Shown in pieces: positions 37,512 through 54,325 of a DNA stretch of 64,000 nucleotides. The notes under the pieces are model-generated. The model was not told where the DNA came from, ran no database searches, and worked only from the letters and a program-made list of their open reading frames with translations. The position numbers and the translations under genes were made by a program. The first letter of the stretch is position 1. Every line of letters begins with the position of its first letter. Source of the stretch: Eledone cirrhosa (taxonomy: Eukaryota); contig OZ024740.1 in NCBI GenBank assembly GCA_964016885.1, positions 354,888,001 to 354,952,000 of the forward strand, given 5' to 3'.

Positions 37512-37512
<1 letters not shown>
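36544..37512 (+). mobile_element. 5'-truncated RTE LINE copy
   Basis: DGSIEIVDTFRYLG...WRYTVI*, 3' UTR and (GAT)n tail running into the giant TA array. Confidence 0.93.
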
Positions 37513-39171
<1,659 letters not shown>

Positions 39172-39464
39172 CTCCACATTCCTAACTCGTTAGCCAATCT
39201 GTTACCAGTCATTATATTAATGAATTTCATACTGAATAATAAATATTTGTCTTTTGTCAAATGTGTGTTTAGCAAAAGTCAATCTTATTTAAATTATGAA
39301 TGTTGTGTAATGTTAGATTCTTTCTATCTTTATTTGTCAATTGACATGAACTATGGTGATTGGATGAAACGTACGTCCATAAAAAAATAAAAAAATGTGT
39401 GTATATACATGTCCTACCTCAAAAACCATTGATCTGGATACCTAAATATGGAATGTTACGTGAT

Positions 39465-39655
39465 GAGACCCCCTCCTCAGCCCCGGCGGGCAGGATGGAG
39501 AAGGCGTTCCCGTGGAGGATGGCAAGGGAGACGGGCTGGAAAAGCCACTCCAACTTGCGGGGTTGACACCTGCGGCTGGCCAGCTCAGCGCCTATGGTGG
39601 TGTGTAGGGGGGTAGCCCTGGGGCCGAGGACACCAGAAGTCTCCACTGCCAGGGA
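39465..39655 (-). mobile_element. CRE-like retrotransposon 3' fragment
   Basis: AVETSGVLGPRA..IGAELASRRCQPRKLEWLFQPVSLAILHGNAFSIL; same family as 4325-4458 and 11255-11730. Confidence 0.75.
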
Positions 39656-41588
39656 TATATCTACTTGGCTAAATGGTTAAGATGTTTGTTTCTCAACCAT
39701 AAGCTTCTGGCTTTGATCTCACTCCATGGCATCTTGAGCGGTTTTTTTTTTAACCATAGCCTTGTATTAACTCAAGCCTTCTGAGCAAAATTGGGTAAAC
39801 AGAAACTCTGTGGGAGTTCATTAGAATGACTGTAGTTGTAATTTAATGGGCCTGTTTTGTCACATTGTGTCATGTTGACTCTGCCTGAAGATTATTTTAA
39901 AAGGAACAGACACACAGTGATAGAATGTATTTCACATAGTTCAGTTGACCGACGAACTAGAATATTCATTGTGAAAACTAACATTGGATCCATTTACACA
40001 TGCACTCACCCTCATGCACAATATAAATATATTCTTTTCAATAATTGTTTATACTTTTTGGCACAAGGCCAGCAATTATGCAGTGTATTACTGGTACTTT
40101 ATTTTATCGACCCCGTAAGGATGAAAGGCAAAGTTAACCTTGGCGGGACCTTTCATACTTCATCACTTCAAATTTAAATTCCACTCGGTTTGGCTTTACA
40201 TTGAATCCTTTTAGGGATAAAATATGTACTAGTAAAACACTGGAGTTTATTTAATAGACTTTGCATTTCCCCTCTTACATGTACTTAAAATATATCAGTT
40301 GAGCTCAAATCTTGCAATAGTCAACTTTGCCTATCATCTTAAGAGTTGCTAAAATAATGTACTGGGTTAATTTAATCAACTTAGCCCTCCCCTCAAAGAG
40401 CAGTGAATTGGCAAAGTCATTAGAGCATTAGACAAATACTTAGCAATATTTCTTATGCTCCTTTATGTTCTAGTTTTAAATCCTGCCGAAATCAACTTTG
40501 TTTTTCATCCTCAAGGTGTCGATAAAATGATGGGGTCAATTAAATCAACTTTCCCTCTCCCCCAAATTGCTGGCCTTGTGCCTCAATTAGGGGCCATTAT
40601 TTATTTCTATACTAATTAATATTGTTTTCACATTTAAAAGATTTCCTTTGAAATAAAATAAACAAATTCAAACTGGATGAATTTTGTGAATACTTTACTG
40701 TATCTTCACAATTTAACTCAATAATATGTGCTCAGTGCAATATGTTAATGTTATTGTCGTTGATGACAATTGAAATCTACTACAATTGTTACATAATTGT
40801 ACTCCTGTCTATATCCCTGAAATTCAAATTGATTCCAAAGAAATGCTTTACTGAAACTATGCTTTGCTAATGTCTTTGTCTTTCAACAGGCATATTTTCT
40901 CTTTTGCTTTCCTATTTGCTGTCTGTCCCAACCCTGCAGTCTTATTTATTGTTCTTTAAACTAGTTTGTAAATGGATTTCAAAATATTTCTAATGTATGC
41001 TTACAATGTATAATGCTAATTTTGAAGTATGATCTCATAGTTAAAATATAAAGATCATGCTGGTAATGGTTACATCTCTATCTAATAGTTGTTTTTGTTT
41101 CTTTTTACTAAAGGCATTCCAAAATATACAAAAATATTTATAGATTTCAGTTCCCTAAAGCATGCTTTTGAATCTTGAGGAGATTATTGATTTACATTTG
41201 TTCATTTTTGAAGAAAGTCAAGGTAGTTTAATAGAATGAATAAAAAGCAACAAGCGATTATTTTATTCTTTGTTTCTCGATCTGGGTTAATTGAGAGTAG
41301 AATTTTTTTTATTTTTAGCTATAACAACGCATCATCATCACCAGCACCACTACTATCACCACTATCGTCTTTGTGTTACATCCATTTTTTATGTTGGCAG
41401 GGTTTGGATGTTTTTTTTTTTATGGTCCAAATCAATTCTCATTTGGAGTTACAGCCCTCTTAGATGAATTTCAGGAGCATTTCTTGTTTGTGCATTCCAT
41501 TTTTGGTGTGGTTTCTTTGGCTTGATACCCTTCCTGTCGCAAACTACTACACCAACCAATACACCGATAATGTATTGGATGCATTTTA

Positions 41589-41814
41589 TTAACCCTTTAG
41601 CATTTACATTACTTTATATATACTATTGTATTTTCGTGGTAAAGGCTTTATCTTACATTATTATCTCATATGATATCGAATCTATGAGATTTTGATATGT
41701 ATTTTGAGAACAATACTTTAACATATGTATGGGTAGCCAGTTACAACCAGTTTGAACAGAAAAAGGTAAGAGAATTCTGGCCGGATACGGCCAGTTTAAA
41801 TGCTATAGGGTTAA
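41589..41814. mobile_element. TTAA MITE family A
   Basis: TTAACCCTTTAGCATTTA ... TAAATGCTATAGGGTTAA. Confidence 0.85.
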
Positions 41815-41944
41815 ATATTGTCTTGCCCACAGAAAGACTGATAGAAGATAGAAAAAAGTAATGGAAGAGAGGGTGGTAAAGGAAAGATAGCTGGGAAGGA
41901 TGGTCAATGGTAGATAATAAGATGATAGCAAGGAGCCTTAATAT

Positions 41945-44060
41945 GAACATTTTTTATGTCTGATTTTTTTTACTTGCATTGGTTGGATGGATCTTCTCCA
42001 ATTCAGCATTTAGACATTTGTTGCAGTCTTTTGTCATCTTCACAATGAAGTTCAGCATTTTGAGATCTGCCTACACCAATTCTCTCCATGACTTCCTTTA
42101 GCTTCTCTCTTCCACGGGTTTCACCTACATGGAACACTTGACATGTCTTTACAAAACTGTCATTCTCCATATATATATATCATTTACCCCTAGTTGTTGT
42201 TTTCCTGTAGTTGATACATTAGGAAGTGGTTATTGGGGGTACCTCAACTTAACATAAACCTGAATTGCATCTTATCGAAGCTAATTTTCTTCCTCTTCAA
42301 TTGTGTTACAAGCGTAGTAACTTTCATAACATTGCCCTTAAATTTAATGCTCCTGTAGTTGCCATTGTCTAGAGCATCTCCTTCGCTCTTGTAGCAATTG
42401 AGGATGATACTGTTATTCCAGTCATTGAGTATGGAACCTCTCTTTATTACTTGATTGACTATGTGACCTACTTCGCCTGATATTTTCAGCATGTCATTGA
42501 CTACCCCTGATGTTTCAGCAACTTCCCCATCTTGCATTTCCTTAATCAAGCTTTCAACCATATAGCTGGTCTTTTGTTGGGTCTACTTGGGTAAGGCAGG
42601 CCCTCTTTCACTTTCATGTATTCTCCTTATTCAACAGTCTCTCACAGGACTTCTCTGCCTCTTTTCTTTTTCAGCATCAGTGAGACCACGTGTGCCACTC
42701 TCATTTTGTAAAGACTTCTCTTCAGTGATGTCTTGATTCTCTCTAGTATATTAGTATAATGCTTTGCAATCTAGAATACCTAATGTCTCTAATCCTCACA
42801 TCACAGAATACAATTACTTTGGCTTCTTCTCTTCCTAAGTATACTTGATAAGTAGCTTTTCTTTTAGCTACTCAATATTGGTCTTTGCTCTTCTCTTCTT
42901 CCAGTCTTTTAGTGCTTATGGTTTTATCTATGGTACTATTATATTAACACATTACTTTCTGTCTGGTTAGAACCTTACTCCAGCTCCAGATCTAGTCTGT
43001 TGCTCACAACAGATTGTCTCAGGAACTCAGAGTTGTACTCTTTGTTATATGTGTCTTCACCATCTCAGTATATGTAACAATTAGTAAATATCTGAACTTA
43101 TGTCTAGTTGCAGAATTTTTTAGCTTCCAAACATTCCTTCTTCAGCTTGTCTTCTATTTCTAAGTCTGCCTAGCTCTTATTCTATATTTGAGTGGTACAT
43201 GTTTTTAACTGGGGAAGGCCTTCATCATCATCATCATCATCCAGTTTTTGATTATTCAGGACACAGTTAATCCCTAAGTAGGGGTGGGTCCTGCCTGACA
43301 GCGCTCCTTAGCATCCTGCTTCATGTGTTTCTGTCTGCTGGTCTTGCTTGGGCCAGGCTAAGCCTAGCTTGATTCCAATGGACATCCTCCATCCAAGTCC
43401 TTTTTGGTCTTTGTGGGCTTCTACTGCCTCCTGGATTAGTGTTCACAACAAATGGCTTATTCCCATTCTTGGTGACTATGTAGTCTATATTACTTGTGTG
43501 TTTGCCTAATTGGTAGGTGATCAGGTGGTTAGTAGGTTTCCTAAAGTTACTGTTGCAAATGATTAGGTCATTGGATCACAGATCTACAGCAACATTGATT
43601 CCTTCTCATTTCTTGCACCATTTCCAGAGCCTCCTTTCATGCTAGCGAAATCCATCATGATATGTATATTAAAATTACTAGCCATGATAATGAGGTTGCT
43701 GTCATTTGTTATAGAAGTAGTCTGCAAAATAGCTTCATAGAAGCAGTCTGTTTGGTCATCTGTCAGCCCTGATTGTAACGTGCATGCAAAGATAAATGAT
43801 GCTGTCAAGTTGCTTAATTATTCTATCTATCATACACTGTGATTACTTAACTTACTCATTTCTGTGCCAGCAATATTCCAACTCCACAGACTCTATTGCT
43901 GTTATCTTCCCAAAAGAATTTGTACCTATGTTCCTTACCTATGAGGAATTTGGCAGAGGTTTCTTTCCATCTTGCCTCTTGTACACAGCACAAATTCATT
44001 TTGATTCACCCCAGCATCTCTACAATTTCTTTAGATCTACCGTTCATAATAACAAAACAT
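41945..44060 (-). mobile_element. Highly degenerate RTE LINE (APE + RT remnants) with a nested RTE-like 3' end at about 43222-43440
   Basis: Remnants QSGLTDDQTDCFYEAILQTTS, WNNSIILNCYKSEGDALDNGNYRSIK and FDKMQF align with the intact ORF; internal (CAT)n-tailed insert encodes RPKRTWMEDV. Confidence 0.75.
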
Positions 44061-44612
44061 GAAAAGTTCAGTGATACCAATAAAATAATAAGAATACTAA
44101 TTATAACTAGGATCTAGCTACATTAATCATTTTTTTTTTCAAATTGTAATGTAATATCAATCCAATAGGATTGTAGCTACTCCATTACATCTAGTCTCTG
44201 AAAGATTACACACTTAAATATTGGTATAAATAAGTATCAGAATATTTAATGTATTTTTTCTCATGACTTTCAATAAGGTTGTTGGCATTTATTGTCATTA
44301 AACAGTTATTGTATTCTTTTATATGTGTGTCTAGTGAAAAATTACACTACTACTTGGAGCAGATAACAAATGTGTCTAATAAGAGCTGCATGCTGTTTGT
44401 TAAGTCAGTAGGATGTTAGACAGCCAGCAGACATGTTAGTAGTTAAAATAGTGTCACTGGTACTCTTCTGTGTCCATTGTTTGAGGCACTAAATTCTGAA
44501 ATAAACCAGATACCAAGTATAGGTAAAGTTTACTTTCATAAGCTACAAGAATACTATATAAATCATATGTATTTTGTTTGCTTACAATAGTTTATTGAAA
44601 TCCTACTACAGT

Positions 44613-44834
44613 TTAATCCTTTAGTATTTAAACTGGCCGTCTCCTTCCAGAATTCACACCTCTTTCTGTTGAAACTAGCCATAACTGGCCACTCATACTG
44701 ATGTTAAGGTATTGTTCTCAGAATAAATAACATCAAAATCTCGTAGATTCAATATTATATGAGATAATTATGTAAGATAAAGCCTTTACCACAAAAATTC
44801 AATAGTAAATATAATGTAAATGCTAAAGGGTTAA
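44613..44834. mobile_element. TTAA MITE family A (opposite orientation; another copy at 7663-7881)
   Basis: Same TIRs, internal sequence reverse-complemented. Confidence 0.85.
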
Positions 44835-46849
44835 AGTTTGGAGAGAGATGGGTTCCACCAGTCTTACTGAAACAGTATGAAGACAGTCTTCAGTAATGTC
44901 CTCACCCTTTGCATAATGAAACACACCATATTATGACTAAAAAAATGTGTACTACTATAACTATTCTTATTTCTTAACTCTTAACATTCTGTACTGCAAG
45001 ACATTCTTGAAAAGTACAAACCAGCACTGTTACTGCACCACATGAAAAATTAAAATATTTACTTTAATATTACAAATGTTTACAATATGCCCCACCAATA
45101 AAGTACTACTAACAACTGAATTAACAGATCCCATTTTTAGATATTTTCTACTAAATCATCGCAGGATGTTAAGAGTTAAGTAAGTTCTGTCAAATGACAA
45201 AATTGTTTTGTTTGTGGCCTAATTTACATAATGTCAAAGTATTATATTCAGCAAATTGGCAGAGTTGCTAGAATGTTGGATAGAAGGCTTTATGGTATTT
45301 GTTCCGGCTCTCTTCTTTCTGAGTTCAAATCCCGCTGATGTCAACTTTGCCTTTCATCCTTTTGAGGTTGATAAAAAAAAAGTACCAGTCTAATACAGTC
45401 TAATACTGAGGTCGATTCTTCTTCTCTCTGGAAGAAATCTGCAGTACTCAGGCCTGGAGAGGGACGGGCTCTGCCAGGCTTAAAATGCCCAAGAAACGCT
45501 GTATGTCAATACGGTGCCGCTACAACTCTATCAGGAGTTACGGGTCCATATCATACCATACCGTTATCTTCTTTATGGACTTATATCGTCACTTTACAAA
45601 TCATTTTAGCACCATAGATCAGCTGTTATATTAGAAACCATTTTCCTCCTTACTCTACTTCTTATCTCTACTTCTATTAGTTATTTCTAATCTGTTACTA
45701 TACCAATTTTGCTTTAGTTGTGATTCATTATATATACTTAGCTTCAAATGAAACTACATCATTGTATGAGATCATAGGAAAAAGTATCTAATAAATCAGT
45801 CTTTTTTTTTTTCATGTTTAGTATGTGAAGTTAATCTTCTTTTGCTGTGGAGCTGTTTCAGTTAAAGATCATATCAGATTTTATTTATTTTATCTTCATA
45901 GAAAATTAATGTTATTTTGCCTATTTAAAATTTTACGTTATCTATAGCTATCAACATAGAAAACGAATGTTATTTTGCCTTTAAGATTTGATTTTATCAT
46001 TTCTCGTGCAGTACTACTTAAAAATAGAAAATAAAAGAAAACAAACATACAAAAAAGTAATAAAAAATGCAAAGATTTTTTTAAAACAAGATTTCTTGAT
46101 CCTTTTGATATCTTTTAATTATTTTATTTCCAGAAAGGAGGAGAACTTGTCAGTTATTGATAAATTTATTTATGTAATTCTTTTCTAAAAGAGTGAAAAT
46201 CTAAGATTAAATCTTTAATTTGGTAAAGTCTGAATTAACTTAATCACTTACACCATTAAATACAAAGATTCACTTGTTTTATAAGTATTACTGAAAACTG
46301 TTTCAGATTACACATCTGTTTGCAAGAAATGTATAAGTTTGGGAAAAAACATTTTTACATGAAAATGATATACAAGAACATTGAGAATGTCACTGTCTTT
46401 TGTTTGGACCAAACTTTGCAATAGACAATCTTCATTTTGGGGGGGGGGGGGGGGGAATTTCAGGGTGGAGCATTAATAGTTACACAATTAAAAGTCAAAA
46501 TAAAAATCAAAAAATCTACACTTTCTAATAATTGTTTCTACTTTTGGCACAAGGCCAGCAAATACCCAGTGCATTACTGGTACTTTATTCTATCGACCCT
46601 GTAAGGATGAAAGGCAAAGTTAACCTTGGCGGGATTTGAACTCAGAACATAAAGGGAAAGCATGCCATCCGACCCTCTACCGATACTGGTATGGAAGCAG
46701 AGAAGAAAACAAAATTGTGATGTAACCTTGACTAGCCCCCACAGTAGTTTTCAGTCCAGCATTATGTGCCTTTACTGTTATGTATCTGGAATTTGAACCC
46801 ATAATTCAAAACTAGATGAGACATCAAAGTTCGGTCCTCAGCCTGCTCT

Positions 46850-47678
46850 TGTTCATGGGAAATGGCTATGTTCGATATGAAGAAAAGGAACTGGCATAAA
46901 TTCTATAAAATGCACACAATGAAGATCCTGGGTACACAAGAGATGTAGCGGGATAGCAGGAAAACTAACAGGTAGGTATACATATGCAGTAGATGTACAG
47001 GGAAATTAGACAGTAGAAGTCGCATTGATAGACACATTTTTCAAATGCAGGCAGGTGCTATAGAAGTGGTGGATAGCTTCCGGTACCTAGGAGATCAGAT
47101 TAGCATGGGAGGGGGGGGGGTTCCGAGGCCATAGTATCTAGAATAAGGACAGGTTGGAAGAAGTTTAGGGAGCTGCTTTCTCTGCTGACGAAGAAGGGTT
47201 TCTCCCTGCGTACGAAAGGCCGGTTATATGATGCCTGTGTGAGGAGCGCGATGCTGCATGGTAGTGGGACATGGGCAGCAACTGCAGAGGATATGCAACG
47301 GCTGGAGAGAAATGAGGCAAGCATGCTCTGTTGGATGTGCAGTGTCAATGTGCATGAACGACCCAGCATGAATGTGTTGAGAGAGAAACTGTGTCTGAAA
47401 GGGTAGAATGTCATGTGCGAGAGAGGAGACTGAGGTGGTATGGACATGTGATGCGCATGGAGGATGACCGATGGGTGAAGAAGTGCCAGGAAATGCCAGT
47501 TGAAGGAAGACGTGGTAGAGGTAGACCATGAAAAACATGAGCGGAGGTGGTGAGAACAGACCTCAGATCGCTGAAGCTCACAGAGGAGATGACGAAGGAC
47601 TGACAAGATACTGTGCTGAATAAGACCCGTCCCACCCTTGCAGGCAGGGAAGAGCGGACGTAAAATGATGATGATGAT
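46850..47678 (+). mobile_element. Older, diverged RTE subfamily 3' fragment
   Basis: Decayed [15 protein letters not shown] finger, [35 protein letters not shown]; GGACGTAAAATGATGATG tail; multiple stops. Confidence 0.85.
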
Positions 47679-47689
47679 TACTTCTTAAG

Positions 47690-47912
47690 GGCAGTTGATT
47701 GGCAGAATCAGTAGAGCATCAGATACTATGCTTTTGCAGCATAGAGTTTATGGCTCTTTACGATCTGAATTCTAATTCCACTGAGGTTAGCTTTGTCTTT
47801 CATCCTTGCAGGGTTGATAAAATAAGTACCAGCAATGCACTGTGGTCAATTTAATCGACTTTCCCCTCCCCCCAAATTGCTGGCCTTATGCCTAAATCAG
47901 AAACCATTATTA
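47690..47912 (+). mobile_element. tRNA-derived SINE, same family as 4868-5083
   Basis: Full-length unit immediately after an RTE tail. Confidence 0.85.
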
Positions 47913-48174
47913 CTTTTTACTAGAACAAAAATGAAACGGTGATTAATAGTAGTATAATTTTATTGATGTTTTTTTATTTTTATGGAAGAGCCAATGTTAA
48001 AGAGTAAATTTCCTTTCACTCTCTGGATTCTACTAGACCAATCAAATGTAGCCTGGATGTAAACTCCATTGTCGTTGTTGTAAATCATTTTGACATGAAA
48101 ACAAGCAGTCTAGCTGTATATACTAGAGTTAATAATAGGCATAAAGTTTGTGTTCAAATAACCCACTCATATCA

Positions 48175-48620
48175 CCATCACCACCATCATCATCATCATC
48201 TTTATGTCCATCTTTCCATGATTACATAGGTTGGATGCATCTTCTAGCACATTTTTCTTCCACCTCCCACGTTCTCTTGTCATCATCTTCTGTGAGTTTG
48301 AGTGTTCTGAGATCAGCTCTCACCACAGGTTTTCTTGGTCTTCCTATTTGGTTATTTCTTTCCACTTCGAACTGCTGACACTTCTTCACCCAATTAATCT
48401 ATATTCATTGTGTCCACACTAATGGAGTCTTCTCTCTTGCATTCTACATCTGATTTCCTTTCCTTATGTTCAGTTTCTCCTGCAACTCATTTATGTTTTG
48501 TTGTTCATGCACACTAACATTATATATCTAATGGAGCATGCTAGCCTCATCTCTTTCTAACCTTCACATATCCTCTACATTCAATATCTATGTCACCACC
48601 CTGCATCATCACATTTGCAT
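48175..48620 (-). mobile_element. Degenerate RTE 3' fragment
   Basis: (CAT)n tail and similarity to the reverse complement of 47300-47678. Confidence 0.65.
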
Positions 48621-49302
48621 ATATCTTATAGAAATGCCTTGCAAGAAAACACAACCATTCTTCCTCATTGTAAAAGGTCTTATCAATAAATATAATAATA
48701 CTATGAAACGTTTCTAAAAAAGCTTTCTGAGAAGCAATCTATTTAAAAAAATTGTTTTGTTTGTTTTGGGGAGCTACCCTCTCTGAATTTTGTAGCAATA
48801 TATATTTAGCTATCTTTCATTTGATGGTTCTGAAACACATACTGCTAGATTATGAAACGTTTTTTTTCTTTTACTGATTCTCAGTTATATTTTGGGGGCC
48901 CTACATAATATTCACCCTAGTATTTAGTCTCTGTACCTGGCCAGTAGATTTCGGACTGCAAAGATTTGTTACTATATTTCTAAGGAAAGACACTGCCTAC
49001 AATTTTCAAATAGTTTAAAAAATGTATTTGAAGTGGTTTGGTAATATAACTTTCTTACTATTAAGCATGTACTTGAAACATAGCTTAACAAAATGTTCTT
49101 ACATAAGATTATGATTGGAGTTTTAAATTTAAATATGGATATTTTAAAACAAACAAGGAGTGGTTTCAGCCAGTTTGATATCAGAAAGGTTAATATCACT
49201 ATGTTCAAACTTTCTCCCTACAATTATAATTGGTGTCAGTTATAAAAGTTATTTTAAAAAAAATAGCTTTCTATTGTGTATTTTTTTAAATAATTAGTTT
49301 AA

Positions 49303-49431
<129 letters not shown>

Positions 49432-52400
49432 TAAGTATTATATATATATATATATTTCCTCGAATATTTTATCCTAAATATTATTTTAATACCAATATTG
49501 GAAGTTCAATATATGATTACAGGTCTTCCACAGATAAACAAAATCTTTGAGTACATTGAAGCTATGAAAAGATTCAACAAGAGAAACTTCTAGCTGTTTT
49601 ACAGCTTCCCTTGTTTCCTCTTTTCTTTTTCGTTTTCTTATGCATAATCTGCCTTCCATTGGCCTTTAATATTTGAAATTTAATTTTAATTTTATTTTAT
49701 TTCCCTCCTTTTTTTAAAATAATGTTTTTTTCTTTTTTATTACTTGTCTTACTAGCTCTTTTTGATTACCAACTGTAAGGAGTACTTGATATTTCCCCCA
49801 AGTCTGTTATGGCTTATTAGCTCTATATGGACGTTTAAATTGAATAAATCGATAAATCAATATTTATATTTTTAATTGTACAGGTAGAAAAATAGTTTCT
49901 AACCTCAACTCATCCATGTAAGCACTAGATTGGATACATCTGTAAAATTGGATATTTGCTTGAATTGTTAAAGAAGTCTTGATTTAACTATATACTCTTC
50001 AGATTTACTGACTTTACAAAACTGGGTGAACAGTTAGGTCACCATTGTTAACCCTTTTGTTATTATATTTCTAATAAAAAGCATTGTATAGAATTTTAAA
50101 ATAATTTTGAAGGTAATTAAGAATTTTGGGGGATTTAATATTATAACTAACTTTCTAACTATGAAGCTGGTGTTTGGAACATATCTTAATAGAGCTTCTT
50201 ATATAAGAATATCTAAAAAATATATATATAATTATGCATATGAAAATATGCCCCCTCCCCCTATATCTCACGGTTGGCCTGCTGTGCTTCTTCCCCAAAA
50301 TGCAATAGCTATTTAAAGTCCTTGGATTTGAGACCTCTTGCTGTAATAATTCAGTTGACTATTGGGGACATATACCATTAATTTTGTGGTGTAAAATGGC
50401 CACCTGAGTAACTGTGTAAGGTGTTGAACTGCCTACTCATCATACTTGTATTCAAATTAACTGCTGACATTTTGTATTGGACACCTGAGGCTAGAGTAGA
50501 AAACATTTGCTTTAAATACCATATATTGAGATCAAACATGTAACCACATGATTGCAAAGTGACCTTTGTAACTATATAACCTTACTTGCACTTGAGTGTT
50601 TGCGTGTGTGTGTACAGCTAATGCATATAGTTTATTCAACTTAATTGGAGCAGATGTCTACAAATACTTTTGCCAATTTAAGAGTTACTCCAATTATGTG
50701 AATTTTCACATCATAAGTTTAAAAGTCTAAAACAAAAACAAACTGCTGTTTGTAGATCAATGAAAATGAAGAATACTATTTAGGTGTGTGTGAATGGGGG
50801 TAAGAGTGAGTGCATATATGGGTGCAGTCATTAACTGGAAATCAGTGTGAGCAACTCTACGAATAATGGACTATAATGGACCTTCAATAAAGGCGTATTG
50901 ACACATATGCATCAACATTTTACAACACATGCATCATCAACATTTTATGTCCATTTTCCATGTTGGCATGAGTTGGACTGGTTGAAAACTCTACCTTCAC
51001 AACATTCTCAGGAATAAGTAGGCAAAGAAGAAGACCCAGCTTTGTTGAGCAACTGAAGTATCATCGAACATGTGTGAGAAAATCAAGGACCTTAATGTTG
51101 CTTTAGAGAACTGCAACAAGGAGTTGAAATAAATGATACAAGATCAAACTTGCAGCTGTACTGGTTTGTAATTGAAAATCTTGATATGCATCCTGATTTA
51201 TTGACAAAAATTTTCATTGGATTTTAAAATAGCTGTTATGCTTCTGAAATTTGAGTAGTCCATAAACTTCCTTTCTTCTCCCAAATGTATATTGAATTAC
51301 CGGAAGTCTTGTATTAATAGCATTCTTTGGATATTTTTGAATGTCACATGTTTAGGCAAAGGAAGGTATTGCTTAGTATTTTAGCAAATAATAAACGTTT
51401 TCATTTATTCCCTGCATTTCTATCTTTTCCTTCTCTTAAATTCTAATTAAACTTATTGCTTGGTAAATGTATATAGTAAATATGTCGACATACACACACT
51501 TCTGAAGGAAACTGTTTTTATAGGGATTGTTTCTTCAAGTGTTTATTAATGCAATGTATATTTATCATACAGCTTTTCTGAATTTAGCATTTTGATTAAT
51601 ATTTTATAATGAAAGTGGGTATTTATCTCTATCAAAGTATTTATTAATGTCTTTTGTTACTATATTTCTAATGAAAGATACGGCTTAAGAAAAGTTCTTA
51701 CATAAAATTATGATGAAAAGGTTTTAGATAAATATGAACACTTCAGGCAGTTTGATATCAAAAGGGTTAACCCTTTCATTACCCTATTTCTAATGAAATA
51801 CATTGCCTATGATTTTCTAATAATTTTGGCAATAATCAAGAATTTGAAAGGATTTAGTAACAACTAACTTTCTCATTATTTATCTGGTCTTTGGGGCAAA
51901 GCTTAAAGATTCTTATATAAAATTAAGATGGAGGGTTTTGCGATAAATATAAACACTTAAAAACAAACAGTATTTTAGAACAAGAGGTGGTTTTTTAATC
52001 TGTTTAGTATCAAAATGGTTAAAAAATACCTTTATAAGCAGTATAAGTTTGGGCAAATGTAAGCAAATGTCACTTTTTTAATCTCTTCATGTACAGAAAA
52101 GAAGCATCTACTGAGGGAGCTAATTACTTTTCAACTATAATAATAATTTTCATGAGGTTATACTAATAAAGAAAACAATCAAACAAAACAAAAGGAAAGA
52201 CACTTCCCTCTCATAAATGTTAAGAAACTGATGCACTAATGCTTCTTCAAATAACTTTCTATAATGTTAATTGTAAGCTTTTTCAGTAAAATAAATTTGG
52301 CTGTTGGTTTTGTCTGTTATCTACAGCATTGTTTTGTTCCCTTTCAGTTATTTGAACATATATTTGCTATTTTATAATTATATCTAGTCTTTAGAAAATA

Positions 52401-52747
52401 CTTTGTAGATTGGTAATTTCAAAGGATCAATGTACAGAATATTATTTTTGGGTTATTCTGTTTGTTTTAAAATTTTTATATTTATCTAAAAATCTATCTT
52501 AATTTTATGTATGAACCTTTGTCAAGCCATGCTCTAAACACTAACTTAATAAGGAGAAATATTACTAACTCATTCCAAATTCTTTATTTGCAAATTATAT
52601 GCAGCGTTTTCCATTAGAAATATGATAACAAAAGGCTTAAATAATTACATTATATTCAAGCCTGAATTAATTTATCTTTATGATATAATGATTAAAAGTA
52701 TGGTTTTGAAAACGTTCTCACTGAAATATTTATTATTATTTTTGCAG

Positions 52748-52827
52748 GTATTATCAGGTACGAGTTGGTTTAAAGACACCTGCAAAATTACCATGTAAGA
52801 CTGAAGTATCTCTTCCCAAAAATACAG
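52748..52827 (+). CDS. FAM135A: FAM135-family protein, second coding exon
   Basis: tttgcag acceptor, 80 nt, gtatgc donor; continues the frame as (G)YYQVRVGLKTPAKLPCKTEVSLPKNT, phase-compatible with both neighbouring exons. Confidence 0.88.
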
Positions 52828-53714
52828 GTATGCATTTCAATGTAGGTCAAATGAATTGGTATTGCATAATGGAATGGTTTAGAAATCGATGGAGGCATTT
52901 TCTTTTTAATACATCTTTATAATCATCATCATCATTTTGCTTCACTGTTCCACTCTAACATGGGTTAGATGGATTGTTATTGACCAGGCCATTAAGAAAT
53001 TAATTGGAATCTCTCTTCCTATTACACAGGAGACCTTGTCTTGCTCAATACATTCCTTTGTTAAACTTTTTTCGCAGTTTTCTATGACTGAATATCTTTC
53101 CTAATGCTACCAACCACTTTACAGAGTGTATTGGGTGCATTTTATTGTGACACTTGCACTATAGAGGTTGTCATATCCTTGATGTCACTACCATTTTTGG
53201 TATGTTTTCTATGGCTGGATACCTTCCTAATGCCAACAACTACTTTACAGAGTGTACCAAATACCTTTTTTAGTGGTATCAACATTAGAAAAGTCCCTTT
53301 CTTCCAAGGCAAATGCGATCTGAGTGAAAATGTGAAAATAGAAGTGGTTTCGTGACTAACAGGGTACTAAAGGAGTTACTTTGTTCTAAGACAAACATGA
53401 TGAAGAGTGCAGATAGAAGAAATGAGGTGGTTATCATGGACAGAGATGTATGTTTAATCATATCATGGGGAAGATAGTGATGGGGTAGGGAGTTCATAGG
53501 AGGAGGGTTAAATATTAATAGAAGTGCAAAGAAAGGAAAGCTAGGAATGGGTAACAACAGACATAGGTGGCATAGAATGGTATATGTGAACTGAGAACCA
53601 TTGAGGAGATAGTGGATGATAGCCAGCAGTAAAAGGTGACAGATCAGAGAGGGTAGAGAGGGCAGTGGAAGACAAGTGATTGTGGAAGAGGTGCAGTTAT
53701 AATGATAATAGTAA

Positions 53715-54055
53715 TAATTATTTCTACTTTTGGCACAAGGCCAGCAATTACCCCAGTGCATTACTGCTACTTTATTTTATCTACCCCGCAAGGATGAAAG
53801 GCAAAGTTAACCTCGGTGGGATTTGAACTCAGACCGTAAAGGGCCATAACTGCCAATAATAATTGTTTCTACTTTAGGCACAAGGCCAGCAATTACCCAG
53901 TGCATTACTGGTACTTTATTTTATCGACCCCCGTAAGGATGAAAGGCAAAGTCAACCTCGGCGGGATTTGAACTCGGATCGTAAAGGGACGTAACTATGC
54001 TGGAAAGCATGGCGTCCGACCCTCTACCGATACTGCCAATCCACTGCCAATAATA
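53715..54055 (-). mobile_element. Two tandem SINE copies (short variant) in FAM135 intron
   Basis: 53715-53855 and 53857-54055 repeat GGCACAAGGCCAGCAATTACCCAGTGCATTACTGG..GGATGAAAGGCAAAGT..GGATTTGAACTC. Confidence 0.85.
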
Positions 54056-54094
54056 ATGAGCGATAGTGAGGTGATCAAGTACAGACAAGCCAAA

Positions 54095-54325
54095 TGTCAC
54101 ACCTTGTAACTTCTCTGTAGCTTCCATACGAAATCTACTTTTTCTATTAGCCTACCTATAATCCCACTACACCTCTTGTGTATCAATAGGCTAAACTGGG
54201 TACACCTTATCCCATTTCTACCTATTCCTTCTCTGAATACCAAGCAGTGCCACTTCCCCAATTGCATCAAGGTCCTGTCTTCTTTCCTACATAGTAACAT
54301 TTTGGTCTTTCATAAGTTAAATCTA
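54095..54325 (-). mobile_element. Degenerate RTE zinc-finger fragment
   Basis: GKWHCLVFREGIGRNGIRCTQFSLLIHKRCSGIIGRL. Confidence 0.75.
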